A stretch of DNA of 64,000 nucleotides from Myxococcales bacterium. GTDB lineage: Bacteria > Myxococcota > Myxococcia > Myxococcales > UBA5297. Shown in pieces: positions 1-8,753 of this stretch. The translations under genes and the position numbers were made by a program. The stretch's first letter is position 1. Every line of letters begins with the position of its first letter. The stretch lies in NCBI GenBank assembly GCA_031552145.1, contig JAVBMV010000003.1, positions 211,930-275,929 of the forward strand, in the 5' to 3' direction. The notes under the pieces were generated by a model, which saw only the letters and a program-made list of their open reading frames with translations, was not told the DNA's origin and did not search any database.

Positions 1-774
1 GAAGGCCGCGGCGAAGGCATATTCGTTGTAGAGAATCTCCACTTGGAGTGGCAGCGTGTTGGTCGCCCCCCGGATGTGGCCCGACACAACCGAGACGGCG
101 CCAAACTCCCCCATGGCGCGCGCGTTGCACAGGATCACGCCATAGAGGAGTCCCCAGCGGATGGAGGGGAGCGTCACGCGCCAGAAGGTCTGCCAGCCAT
201 TCGCGCCGAGGATCGCCGCGGCCTGCTCGCGCTCGGGACCGAGCGCCTGCATGAAGGGAATCAGCTCGCGCGCCACGAAGGGGAAGGTGATGAAGGTGGT
301 GGCGAGCACGATCCCCGGCAGCGCGAAGATCACGGGAAAGCCGTGGGCTATCAGGAAGGGGCCGAAGAGGCCGCGCGCGCCGAATAGCAACACAAAGAGC
401 ATGCCGCCGATCACGGGCGAGATAGCGAAGGGCAAATCGATCAGCGTGACGAGCAGCCCCTTTCCGCGAAAGTCGAAGCGTGCGATCGCCCACGCCGCCG
501 CGATTCCAAACAGGAGATTGAGCGGCACGGCGACGCAGGCCGCCGCCAGCGTGAGCCAGATGGCGTGGAGCGAATAGGGCTCGGCGAGCGCGGCGAGCCA
601 GGGCCCCACGCCCTTGGAGAAGGCCTCGTAGAGCACCGTGAAGGCAGGCAAGACCAGAAAGAGCAACAGGAAGCCAAAGGCGATGGCGATGAGCAGGCGC
701 CGCGTCAGGCGCGTCGCTGGCGTTAGGCGCGCCTCGACGCCATGGGCGCCGCCGCGGGGCGAATCCACCTTCAT
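1..774 (-). CDS. cysW: Sulfate ABC transporter permease CysW (C-terminal end beyond window edge)
   Basis: Not in the ORF track because it has no stop inside the window. My translation from the ATG at 774 downward reads MKVDSPRGG...VTLIDLPFAISPVIGGMLFVLLFG...EQAAAILGANGWQTFWRVTLPSIRWGLLYG, a CysW-type permease. ATGA overlap with the cysT stop (771-774). It follows sbp-cysT. Confidence 0.85.
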   Translation of the reverse strand, partial: MKVDSPRGGAHGVEARLTPATRLTRRLLIAIAFGFLLLFLVLPAFTVLYEAFSKGVGPWLAALAEPYSLHAIWLTLAAACVAVPLNLLFGIAAAWAIARFDFRGKGLLVTLIDLPFAISPVIGGMLFVLLFGARGLFGPFLIAHGFPVIFALPGIVLATTFITFPFVARELIPFMQALGPEREQAAAILGANGWQTFWRVTLPSIRWGLLYGVILCNARAMGEFGAVSVVSGHIRGATNTLPLQVEILYNEYAFAAAF

Positions 775-1610
775 GTGCCCCCTCCCCTGCGCGCCGCCGT
801 CCATGCCTGGAGGCTATTGATCGCCGCGAGGAGCACAAAAGAGGCGATAAGCATCACCACGCCAATCGCGGCGGCCGCCTCGTATTCGAACTGCTCCAGC
901 TTCGTCATGATGAGCAGCGGCGCGATCTCGGTCTTCATTGGCATGTTTCCGGCGATGAAGATGACCGAGCCGTACTCGCCCATGCCCCTGGCGAAGGCGA
1001 GCGCGAAGCCGGTGAGGAGGGGCGGTAGGAGCTGCGGGAAGAGCACGCGCGCGAAGCTCTGGGCGCGGCTGGCGCCGAGCGAGGCGGCCGCCTCTTCCAC
1101 GGAGCGATCCAGCTCCTGCAACACCGGCTGGAGCGTCCTGACCACGAAGGGCAGCCCCACGAAGGTGAGCGCGACGACGATACCGAGCGCGGTGTAGGCC
1201 ACGTCGAGCCCGAGCGCGGCGAGGGGCCTCCCGAGGAGGCCGTTGCCCGCGTAGAGCGCGGTGAGCGTGATGCCGGCGACGGAGGTGGGGAGCGCGAAGG
1301 GGAGATCGACCAGCGCGTCGAGCAACGCGCGCCCGGGGAAGCGGTAGCGGACCAGCACCCAAGCGACGAGGAGCCCCATCGCCGCATTGATCGCGGCGGC
1401 GGCGGCGGCGGCGCCGAAGCTGATCCGATAGGCAGCGAGCGCGCGCGGCGACGAGACCGTGATCCAGAATTGTTCCGCCGAGAGCTTGCTCGCCTCGAGC
1501 ACCAGGCCCGCGATGGGCAGCAGCACCATCAGCCCCAGATAGGTGAGGGTGTAACCCATGGCGATGCCGAAGCCGGGCAGCACCTTCGCGCTCCTGGCGC
1601 GCGCGCGCAT
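771..1610 (-). CDS. cysT: Sulfate ABC transporter permease CysT
   Basis: 279-aa polytopic ORF with LVDLPFALPTSVAG and EEAAASLGASRAQSFARVLFP (ABC permease EAA loop). It lies between the sulfate-binding protein gene and cysW. Confidence 0.9.
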   Translation of the reverse strand: MRARARSAKVLPGFGIAMGYTLTYLGLMVLLPIAGLVLEASKLSAEQFWITVSSPRALAAYRISFGAAAAAAAINAAMGLLVAWVLVRYRFPGRALLDALVDLPFALPTSVAGITLTALYAGNGLLGRPLAALGLDVAYTALGIVVALTFVGLPFVVRTLQPVLQELDRSVEEAAASLGASRAQSFARVLFPQLLPPLLTGFALAFARGMGEYGSVIFIAGNMPMKTEIAPLLIMTKLEQFEYEAAAAIGVVMLIASFVLLAAINSLQAWTAARRGGGT

Positions 1611-1613
1611 CGC

Positions 1614-2684
1614 CTAGTGCTCCGCGCTGTAGAGCTGATCGAAGAGCGCGCCGTCGGCGAAGTGGCGGCGATGCGCCTCCTCCCACCCTCCGAAGAGCTC
1701 GTCGATGGTGAAGAGCTCGAGAGTGGGGAAGCGCTTGGCGTATTCAGCCATCACCTGCTCGTCGCGCGGGCGGTAGTGGTGGCGCGCCGCGATGCGCTGC
1801 CCCTCGGCGCTGTAGAGCCCCATGAGCCAGGCCTGGGCCACCTCGCGTGTACCGTGCCGATCGACGACGCGGTCGACGAGCGCGGCGGGAGGCTCGGCCA
1901 GAATGGAGAGCGAGGGGACCACCAGCTCGACGTCACCATGTGCCAGTCCTCCACCCTGTTTCTCGCCCAACCGATCCAGCGCCAGGAGCGCCTCGTTCTC
2001 CCAGGTGATGAGCACATCGCCGATGCCGCGCTCCAGGAAAGTAGTGCTAGCGCCGCGCGCTCCCGAGTCGAGCACGGGAACCTGGGCGAAGAGGCGCGCC
2101 ACGAATTTGCGCGCCGCGCTCTCGCTCCCCGTCCGCTTCTGCTCGAAGCCCCAGGCGGCCAGATAGTTCCACCGAGCGCCCCCCGAGGTCTTGGGGTTGG
2201 GAGTGATGACGCTCACCCCCTTCTTGAGCAGATCGGGCCAGTCGTGGATGCCCTTTGGGTTTCCACGCCGCACCAGAAAGAGGACCGTGGACGTATAGGG
2301 GCTGCTGCGGTGCGGGAGCCGATCCTGCCACCCCTTATCGATGAGGCCCGCCTTGGCGATGGCATCGATATCGAAGCCGAGCGCGAGCGTCACCACATCA
2401 GCCTCGAGTCCATCAATCACCGAGCGCGCCTGTTTACCGGAGCCACCGTGCGACTGACGAATCAGGACAGTGCCATGTCCCTCGCCCCGCCATTGGCGTG
2501 CGAACCAGGCGTTGTAGTCGTCATAGAGTTCCCGCGTGGGGTCATAGGAGACATTGAGCAGCTCGAGTGGACGCGCCTCTTCTTGCGCGCCGCTCCCGCG
2601 CATCCCCTCGCGGGGCGTGCCGCAGCGGCACGCCGGCAAGAGGGCGCCGAGCCCGAGCACCACCAAGAGCGTAAGGCGCCCCAC
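1614..2684 (-). CDS. sbp: Sulfate/thiosulfate-binding periplasmic protein (lipoprotein)
   Basis: 356 aa with lipobox [40 protein letters not shown] and [18 protein letters not shown] are typical of Sbp/CysP. Its stop is 3 nt before the cysT start. Confidence 0.9.
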   Translation of the reverse strand: MGRLTLLVVLGLGALLPACRCGTPREGMRGSGAQEEARPLELLNVSYDPTRELYDDYNAWFARQWRGEGHGTVLIRQSHGGSGKQARSVIDGLEADVVTLALGFDIDAIAKAGLIDKGWQDRLPHRSSPYTSTVLFLVRRGNPKGIHDWPDLLKKGVSVITPNPKTSGGARWNYLAAWGFEQKRTGSESAARKFVARLFAQVPVLDSGARGASTTFLERGIGDVLITWENEALLALDRLGEKQGGGLAHGDVELVVPSLSILAEPPAALVDRVVDRHGTREVAQAWLMGLYSAEGQRIAARHHYRPRDEQVMAEYAKRFPTLELFTIDELFGGWEEAHRRHFADGALFDQLYSAEH

Positions 2685-2999
2685 CTCGCCTCCTGATCGT
2701 CAGACGTCCCGCCCCAGTCTCGGGATGAGGGGCGGAAGAGGCAAGGCTCCGGGCTGGCACCCCCAATCACCTCCCCATAGGTAGCGTGGTAGAGTTCACA
2801 AAATGAAGCAGCCACCCAGCGAGGATGCTTTGGCGTCCAGTAAGTCAAATCGACGGAGCAAAGCTGGGGCTCGGAGGCCCAAGCCTGATCCTCCTCACAG
2901 GCATGGACAAGGCGTTTCGCTCGACCTTCAGCGAAGAGGACTACGCCAAGGTGCGACAGCTCGGGGATGAGTACCGGCGTCGGAACCCGCGTTCCGTGC

Positions 3000-3368
3000 T
3001 CACCTAGGCTCGCGCCGAGCTCTCCCGGTCCTCGCCGCTTCGCGATGCAGCACGCGCCGACCGACATCGCGCGGGACCAGCTGAAGGCTACAGCCGAGAG
3101 CTGCCGCAAGCTTCAATACCGTAGACATGGTGGGGTTGCCGTCTGCCGAGGTCAGCAGTCGTCGCACGATCTCTGGCTTGGCGTGCACCTTCCTCGCCAA
3201 GTCGGCCTTGGTCATACCAGCTCTCTCTCTGGCACTATCGAGCGAGCGAATCAGCGCGTCGATGGAGTCGATCTCTTCACGTGCCTGGATGTAGTCCTCG
3301 GCAAACTTGGAGTCCTGCATCCTTTCATCGAAGTACCGATCGAATCCTGTTTTGGCCCGGCGTGCCAT
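3000..3368 (-). CDS. XRE-family helix-turn-helix protein (HigA-like antitoxin fold, no toxin partner seen)
   Basis: 122 aa. GMTKADLARKVHAKPEIVRRLLTSADGNPTMSTVLKLAAALG is a classic HTH_XRE. GGAGG RBS 5 nt upstream of the ATG (revcomp of 3374-3378). Confidence 0.7.
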   Translation of the reverse strand: MARRAKTGFDRYFDERMQDSKFAEDYIQAREEIDSIDALIRSLDSARERAGMTKADLARKVHAKPEIVRRLLTSADGNPTMSTVLKLAAALGCSLQLVPRDVGRRVLHREAARTGRARREPR

Positions 3369-3458
3369 GTTGCCTCCGTGACCTATATGCTACACATGGC
3401 CTCTTCTCGGTGCAAGGGCGCCCCTCCCGTGAACCGGTACGTGGTGCGCCAAGCGACC

Positions 3459-4870
3459 TCACATGCCCCAGACAGTGATGGGCCTCCCACCGAAATCCCT
3501 CTCCTCGACGAAGACCTTCTCCTCCCAGCTCCTCTCGCTGGCGGGCGTTGGGTCGACCACGACGAGATGCGCCTCGTCGGCCTGGCATCGATCGGCATAT
3601 TCAGCCGTCTGCCGCAGCCCATCCTCGATCGTCTTCTCGAGAGAGCGCCGCACAATCTTCATCTCCACCACGAACCGCTGCTCTTCCCGCTTCCCTTCTA
3701 CATGTCGAAAGAACCGAACAAAGAGATCGGCGCGGCCACGCCCAAGGGCATACTCTCGTTCGAGCCTTCCCCCGCCATTCACCACCCGCTGCAGCCAAGC
3801 CTGCAACAGAAGCTGCGGCGCAGCCTCCTCGTAGATGGCCCGCTTATTCCAGACCTCGGAGTTCTCTCGGTAGAACTGCTGGAACCCCGATAGCAACCCT
3901 CGAAAATCGAGACGGCCATCGGCGAAATGAAACGCAGCGCTCGGCACTTGAGCCGCGAAGTCGCTCTGCAGAATGGAGGTGAGCTCTCGGGGAACCACCT
4001 CGCGATAGATCTCATTGGCGATTCGCGCTCCCTTCGAGCGCTCCTCGACGATGAGCCCCAGGTCGACCACATATTGGCGGTCTTCCGACGAAGCGGACTT
4101 GCTCCAGTCTTCACCCTGGAGCATCGGTTCGATCACGCGTCGAACCCTCGGCTCGCGCAGCTTGTCCACCAGCTGGTCGAGGTGCGTGTCTCGCCGCAGG
4201 ATCAGTCGCTCCTTCGCATCCTCGACATCCTCGAGCGAGATAGAGCGCGAGCGATCTCGCAGCGCTGGCATCTCCTGCGTCAGCTCGTTGGCGAGCGCAT
4301 TGACCAGCCAGGGCTGGCCTCCGGTCAGCGCCATTACCCTGGGAAAGATGGCCTCCGCGAAGGCCTGCTTCGTCTCGACCGTGTGTTGCCCGTAGAGCTC
4401 TCTCACCTCGGCTTCGGAGAAGTTCCCCAGCGTCAGCGACTTTGCCTTCACGTTGAAGCAGCTGCCACCGGTGATGATCTCTCCTTCAGAAGTATGGATC
4501 CGGTAGTCCCGCACATCGCGAACGCCACAGAGGATCACCGCCTGAGGGAAGAGCTTCGGCCGCTTCTCATAGCCGGTGCGCAACTGCCGCAGCACCGAGA
4601 CCAGCGTGTCGCCTATGAGCGAATCGATTTCGTCGATCATCAGGACGGTGGGGACGCCTGGTACTTCCCCTCCCCCTCTCCGGAATTGAGCCGGTCGACG
4701 ATCGCCCTGAGCAGCGTCGTCTTCCCGCTCTGGCGGGGAGCGTGCATCACGAAGTACTTCTTCCCATCGATGAGCCTGTGGAGTTCGGGCCAGTCGATCC
4801 GCCCGAAGGAGTCGACATAGTAGTGATCCTTCGGGTCATTCGGGCCGGCCGTGTTGAAGTGTCGGGTCAT
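3459..4870 (-). pseudogene. AAA-ATPase-like / PD-(D/E)XK nuclease family gene, disrupted by a frameshift (probably also an internal deletion)
   Basis: Two abutting ORFs. ORF 4640-4870 (MTRHFNTAGP...HAPRQSGKTTLLRAIVDRLNSGEGEG, Walker A, RBS AAGGGAG) stops at TGA 4640-4642. The neighbouring frame is open through ...EVPGVPTVLMIDEIDSLIGD (Walker B) down to 3459 and ends with the nuclease-like RGRADLFV...FVVEMKIV. The shift maps to the C/G-rich run at 4664-4678. Confidence 0.6.
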
Positions 4871-4940
4871 CGTTCGCGCTCCCTTGGAGAGGGTGAGTAT
4901 CCGACCCGGCACCTGCCCGCAACCGCGCACCTCTGCGCGA

Positions 4941-7199
4941 CTAGAACTGCGCCCCCGCCATAAACCCGGGGAAGAGCTGCCACCCCCGATCGCCCTTCAC
5001 CGCGGTGTGGATCTTGTTGCTCACAGGCGACAGGTCCAACAATCCATCCGCGCCCTCGTAATCGACCAGCGCGTTGAAGGAAGGCCCCGCGAAGAGCTCC
5101 ACCGGCCCGAGCGAGAGCCCCAAGGCGGCGCGCGCCGTCCCCAGCATCGCCTCGATATTGTCGCCGTCGCGCATAAAGCCCTTGGTGCCCAGCTCGATGT
5201 CGATAAAGAGCCGGCGCGAGAGCTGCTGGTGCCAGCCGAAGCCGATGCCGGCGCTCCAGGCAGTGCCCTCGCCGGGAAGGCTCGTTTCGGCGTGACTCCC
5301 GTCGGGTGCGATCCCCAGATCGTACCAGGCATAGAGCTTGCGGCCGCCCATCTTGAGGAAGAGTTCGGGCATCAGCAGCTCGCTGGTGGCGAGCCCCACG
5401 CGCAGATAGCCCTCCTCCACGATGTTGATGAGCCCCAGCGTGTAGTCGGAGCGCTTGGCGACGTTGATCATGCCGAGCTGCGCCCCGCGCACCTCGCTCG
5501 CCACGTTGATGACGCCCAGCTGCGTGCCGATGGTGCGCGCGACGTTGGTGCAGGTGGCGAGCTGCGCACCCTCCACCTCCTCGGCGATGTTGACGCAGCC
5601 CGCGACCTGCGCGCCGACGACGCGCCGGGCGAGGTTGACGCCCGAGGCCTGAAGCCCCTCGACGTTCTTCGCGATGTTGAGACCCGCCGAGAGCTGGGCG
5701 CCCTCGAGGTCGGCGTTCACCGCGTTGATGCCCGAGCTGGCTTGCAGCCCCGTGAAATGACCACCCGCATAGTTGAAGCCGGCGGAGGCCTGCAGGCCGC
5801 GCGAAGGAGCCTCCCCCGCCCAGTTGAAGGCGCCGGCGAACTGCGCCCCATCCAGGCTCCCCTCGGTTAGGTTGCCTCCCGCCGCGGCCTGCAATCCCCT
5901 GGCGCGCCGCCGCTCCCAGTTGAGCACCAGGCCGAACTCGGCACCGTCGAGCTCCTCGGCGCGCCCCACCAGGAAGTTGAGCGCGAAGTTCTGGCGAAAG
6001 GGCTCCTCCCCGGCGGTGCTCATCCCCGGCAAGAGCGCGAAGTTGGCGGGGACCTCGCGCAGCGGCGGCTCTTCCTCCGCTCCGGCCTCCTCCGCTTCGC
6101 CGCCCTTCTCTTCCCCGCCTCTGAGCGCGACCGCCTCGCCCGGCGCGGGCGCGAGCTGCTCGGGAGCGAGCGCGGTCCGCTTCCCCTCCGTCAGCTCCAC
6201 CACGGCGACGCTCCGGGCGCTGCCGGAGTCGACCAGCACCCTGTAACGCCCCGGCTCCAGCCCGAGTGACATGGGGGCTCCAGCGCCCTTGCGCAGCTCT
6301 GCAACGAAGAGCCCATCCTCCGTGTGGATGAAGACCCTGCCGCTCACTCGCTCGTCCAGTTCGAGCAGCGCCGAGTCGGAGCGCAGATCGGTCATGACCA
6401 GATCGCCCGAACCGGTGAGCTGGATGTCGTAAGCGGGGTGCTGCGCCCCGGCGCGCGTCATCGAGGTGCGGGAGAGCGTCTCACCGAAGGCGTAGGCGTA
6501 GGCCTCATTGAGCGTGACGCGACCATCACCCGAGGCGTCGGCGGCGCCGCGCAGCCCCGTCACCAGCGACGAGGTGAAGAAGGAGGCGCGGATGCGATCG
6601 GACTCCTGCGCTGCCTCGTCCTCGGCGCTCGCGGTGAGAAAGGCGTGCCCCTGCACCGCGCTCGAGCGGTCCAGGAGGAAGGGCTGCAGCCGCACCCCGC
6701 CCTTCGTCCGCAGCAGCGTGCCGGAGGAGCAGGAGTCGAGGATGGCGATCCGCACCTCGGCGCCGATTCGATCGATCGCCTGGCGCAGCTCGGAATAGCC
6801 GAGCCGCTCGCTGCCCAGCATCAGCCCCTCCTCGTCGGAGTGGCCCGAGAAATAGAGCACCGCCTCGAGCCTGGCGCCGCGCCGCGGCTCCTTCGCCAGC
6901 TTCCCCATCCGCGCGAGCGCCTCCATCAGCTCCGCCCGGCGCGGCTCCGCGAGAAAGAGGGCGTCGTCGGGCTGCACGCCCCCCAGCGTGGTCATCACCT
7001 GGGAGAAGGCCTTCGCGTCGGAGATGGCGTAGCGCAGCGGGATGCGCTGGCCCCCGCCGTCGTTGGCGCCCACCGCGAGCGCGATGCGCCGAACGGCTGG
7101 AGGCTGGGCGGGCTGCTGCGCCCACACATTGGAAGGAGCTGCCGAGAACTGGGCGGCGGCGAGGAGCAGGACAAGGGCGATGGAGAAGAGGCTCTTCAT
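4941..7199 (-). CDS. Secreted caspase-like (peptidase C14) protein with G-x-Q repeat region and C-terminal beta-barrel-like domain
   Basis: Start chosen at MKSLFSIALVLLLAAAQFSAA (signal peptide), with ATGA overlap to the upstream stop. His/Cys dyad contexts YFSGHSDEEG and AILDSCSSG. The C-terminus ends ...GFMAGAQF. The longer ORF to 7376 overlaps the upstream gene. Confidence 0.85.
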   Translation of the reverse strand: MKSLFSIALVLLLAAAQFSAAPSNVWAQQPAQPPAVRRIALAVGANDGGGQRIPLRYAISDAKAFSQVMTTLGGVQPDDALFLAEPRRAELMEALARMGKLAKEPRRGARLEAVLYFSGHSDEEGLMLGSERLGYSELRQAIDRIGAEVRIAILDSCSSGTLLRTKGGVRLQPFLLDRSSAVQGHAFLTASAEDEAAQESDRIRASFFTSSLVTGLRGAADASGDGRVTLNEAYAYAFGETLSRTSMTRAGAQHPAYDIQLTGSGDLVMTDLRSDSALLELDERVSGRVFIHTEDGLFVAELRKGAGAPMSLGLEPGRYRVLVDSGSARSVAVVELTEGKRTALAPEQLAPAPGEAVALRGGEEKGGEAEEAGAEEEPPLREVPANFALLPGMSTAGEEPFRQNFALNFLVGRAEELDGAEFGLVLNWERRRARGLQAAAGGNLTEGSLDGAQFAGAFNWAGEAPSRGLQASAGFNYAGGHFTGLQASSGINAVNADLEGAQLSAGLNIAKNVEGLQASGVNLARRVVGAQVAGCVNIAEEVEGAQLATCTNVARTIGTQLGVINVASEVRGAQLGMINVAKRSDYTLGLINIVEEGYLRVGLATSELLMPELFLKMGGRKLYAWYDLGIAPDGSHAETSLPGEGTAWSAGIGFGWHQQLSRRLFIDIELGTKGFMRDGDNIEAMLGTARAALGLSLGPVELFAGPSFNALVDYEGADGLLDLSPVSNKIHTAVKGDRGWQLFPGFMAGAQF
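5405..5975 (-). repeat. Protein-level tandem 14-17-aa G-x-Q...N repeats inside the caspase gene
   Basis: Consecutive units read by eye: GLQASAGFNYAGGHFT, GLQASSGINAVNADLE, GAQLSAGLNIAKNVE, GLQASGVNLARRVV, GAQVAGCVNIAEEVE, GAQLATCTNVARTIGT, QLGVINVASEVR, GAQLGMINVAKRSDYT, LGLINIVEEG. Confidence 0.7.
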
Positions 7200-8032
7200 T
7201 TGTGCTCCACTTTCTTGATGAGGAGAGAGGTCTGACTGAAGTCGTCGTCGAGCATGAGCTTCTGGAGCTGCTCCGGGCGTACCTTGCCCTCCCGCAGCGC
7301 TCTCGCGGCGCGCCTGGCCGCGTCGAGCGCGCGCTCCACCTCGAAGGGGCCGGGCGCGCTCAGGAAGAGGAACCACTCGAACTTTGGGGCATCGTCCAGC
7401 TCGAAGGAGTGGGGCAGCGCCGCCTCACCCTCGTCGGCGAGCCGGGGCGCCATGCCCACCTCGCGCTCGGGGAGATGCATCGTCACGCCGCCGCGCCCGT
7501 CGATGGAGAGCACCGCGCCGTAGCGCTCGCCCTGCGACCGATAAGTGACCTGGAGCTGATCGCCCGCCTGGGCCGTGGCGCCATCCCTCAGGCTCACCAG
7601 CGCCCCCTCTTCCAGTCGCCAGAGCGAGAGGCGCTGCGCGACGCCCCCCTTGAGCCGCTCGGTGGAGAGGGCCAGTTCGTCGCCCGCGAGGGGATGGGGA
7701 CCGGCGTCGTGCATGGCCCGCACCGCCACCAGGGTGCAGAGCGCGAAGGCGCACCCGCCCGCCAGCGCCAAGACGAAGCGCGGTCGCTTCGACCGATTGA
7801 CCTCCAACGAGCAGCCCGCCGCGCGCGCCCGGATGGCGCTCCCCTCGTCGGGATAGGCCTCCAAGATCTCGGCGTTGGAGCGGCGCAGCGCCATGAGGCG
7901 CTCCGCGAGCTCCGGTTCCTGCTCCGCGCGCCGCGCCAGCTCTGCCTGGCGGCGGTCGGGGAGCTCGCCCAGCAGGAAGCGCTCCAGCTCCAGCTCGCTC
8001 ACCCTCTTGGACTCGACACCAATCGTTCTCAT
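7196..8032 (-). CDS. Membrane-spanning anti-sigma factor (periplasmic DUF4384-like domain)
   Basis: 278 aa. N-terminal LELERFLLGELPDRRQAELARR and one TM (FVLALAGGCAFALCTLVAV). Periplasmic GDQLQVTYRSQGERYGAVLSIDGRGGVTMHLP. ATGA overlaps at both ends (8029-8032 and 7196-7199). Confidence 0.7.
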   Translation of the reverse strand: MRTIGVESKRVSELELERFLLGELPDRRQAELARRAEQEPELAERLMALRRSNAEILEAYPDEGSAIRARAAGCSLEVNRSKRPRFVLALAGGCAFALCTLVAVRAMHDAGPHPLAGDELALSTERLKGGVAQRLSLWRLEEGALVSLRDGATAQAGDQLQVTYRSQGERYGAVLSIDGRGGVTMHLPEREVGMAPRLADEGEAALPHSFELDDAPKFEWFLFLSAPGPFEVERALDAARRAARALREGKVRPEQLQKLMLDDDFSQTSLLIKKVEHK

Positions 8033-8583
8033 GGTTGCTGCTCCTCCAACTTCGATACACGCATCTTCAGCCCGCGAAGCCTCTTGCGGACCCCCGAGAC
8101 CGAGAGCCCCACCTCGCGCGCCACCTCCTCCAGCGTGAGGCCATCGACGTAGTGCAGGACGGCGATGAGCGCAGTGGAGGGCGGCTCCCGGCCGAAGAGC
8201 TTCGCCAAAAAAGAGCGCTGGAGCGCGAAGGCCTCGGGGCTCTGGGCGATGGCGCTGGCCAGCTCGACGGCGTTGGGCGCCCGCTCGGCTTCAGGTTCTG
8301 AAGGGTCTGGCGCGCGCCGCGCTCCCCCCAACAGCTCATGGCGCCCGGGCAGCTCGGGCGCTCGGCGCCGGCTTCGTAGGCGGTTGAGACAGACGTTGGT
8401 GGAGATGGTCTGCAAGAGCGCTCCTTCGCGGGTCCCCTCCGCCCATTCTCGGGAGCGAAGCAGCCGCACGAAGACGTCCTGCATGGCGTCGCGCGCCTGC
8501 TCCTCATCGCCGAGGAGGCGCCTACAGCGGCGCAGCACCATCGGTCCATATCGTCTGTAGAGTTCCGAGGTGTTCAGTTGCAC
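8029..8583 (-). CDS. ECF-type RNA polymerase sigma factor
   Basis: Region 2 (LYRRYGPMVLRRCRRLLGDEEQARDAMQDVFVRLL) and region 4 HTH (LTLEEVAREVGLSVSGVRKRL). I prefer the GTG at 8583, preceded by GGAGAG. The maximal ORF extends to 8688. Confidence 0.85.
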   Translation of the reverse strand: MQLNTSELYRRYGPMVLRRCRRLLGDEEQARDAMQDVFVRLLRSREWAEGTREGALLQTISTNVCLNRLRSRRRAPELPGRHELLGGARRAPDPSEPEAERAPNAVELASAIAQSPEAFALQRSFLAKLFGREPPSTALIAVLHYVDGLTLEEVAREVGLSVSGVRKRLRGLKMRVSKLEEQQP

Positions 8584-8753
8584 TGCCGCTCTCCGGAAGG
8601 GCTCGATGACCTGCTCAACACCGATGGCATGAAAAGGTGTCACCGCCAAGTGCGCTTCCGAGCGGCCAGCCTCCCCAGCCAGCCCCAACGGTGGTAGAGC
8701 TAGCGCGGGCGCCGCGGCGCTGCGTTCCGGGACTCCACACAGAGGGACTCCAC

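Noticed and set aside
1393-1413. (GCG)7 trinucleotide run
   Set aside because: It lies in frame within cysT and simply encodes a poly-Ala stretch in a transmembrane segment (FGAAAAAAAINAAMG). It is not an independent repeat element.
2825-3007. Small plus-strand ORF (inner ATG at 2903: MDKAFRSTFSEEDYAKVRQLGDEYRRRNPRSVLT) in the lower-GC spacer between sbp and the XRE gene
   Set aside because: It is short, has no RBS I can see, overlaps the XRE gene end and has no recognisable family. It could be a relic of a toxin/antitoxin-type gene but cannot be supported.
8584-8688. Upstream extension of the first ECF sigma ORF (MGLAGEAGRSEAHL...)
   Set aside because: ECF region 2 begins about 10 residues after the GTG at 8583, which has a GGAGAG RBS. 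The extension adds 35 residues without precedent. It is retained only as an alternative start.
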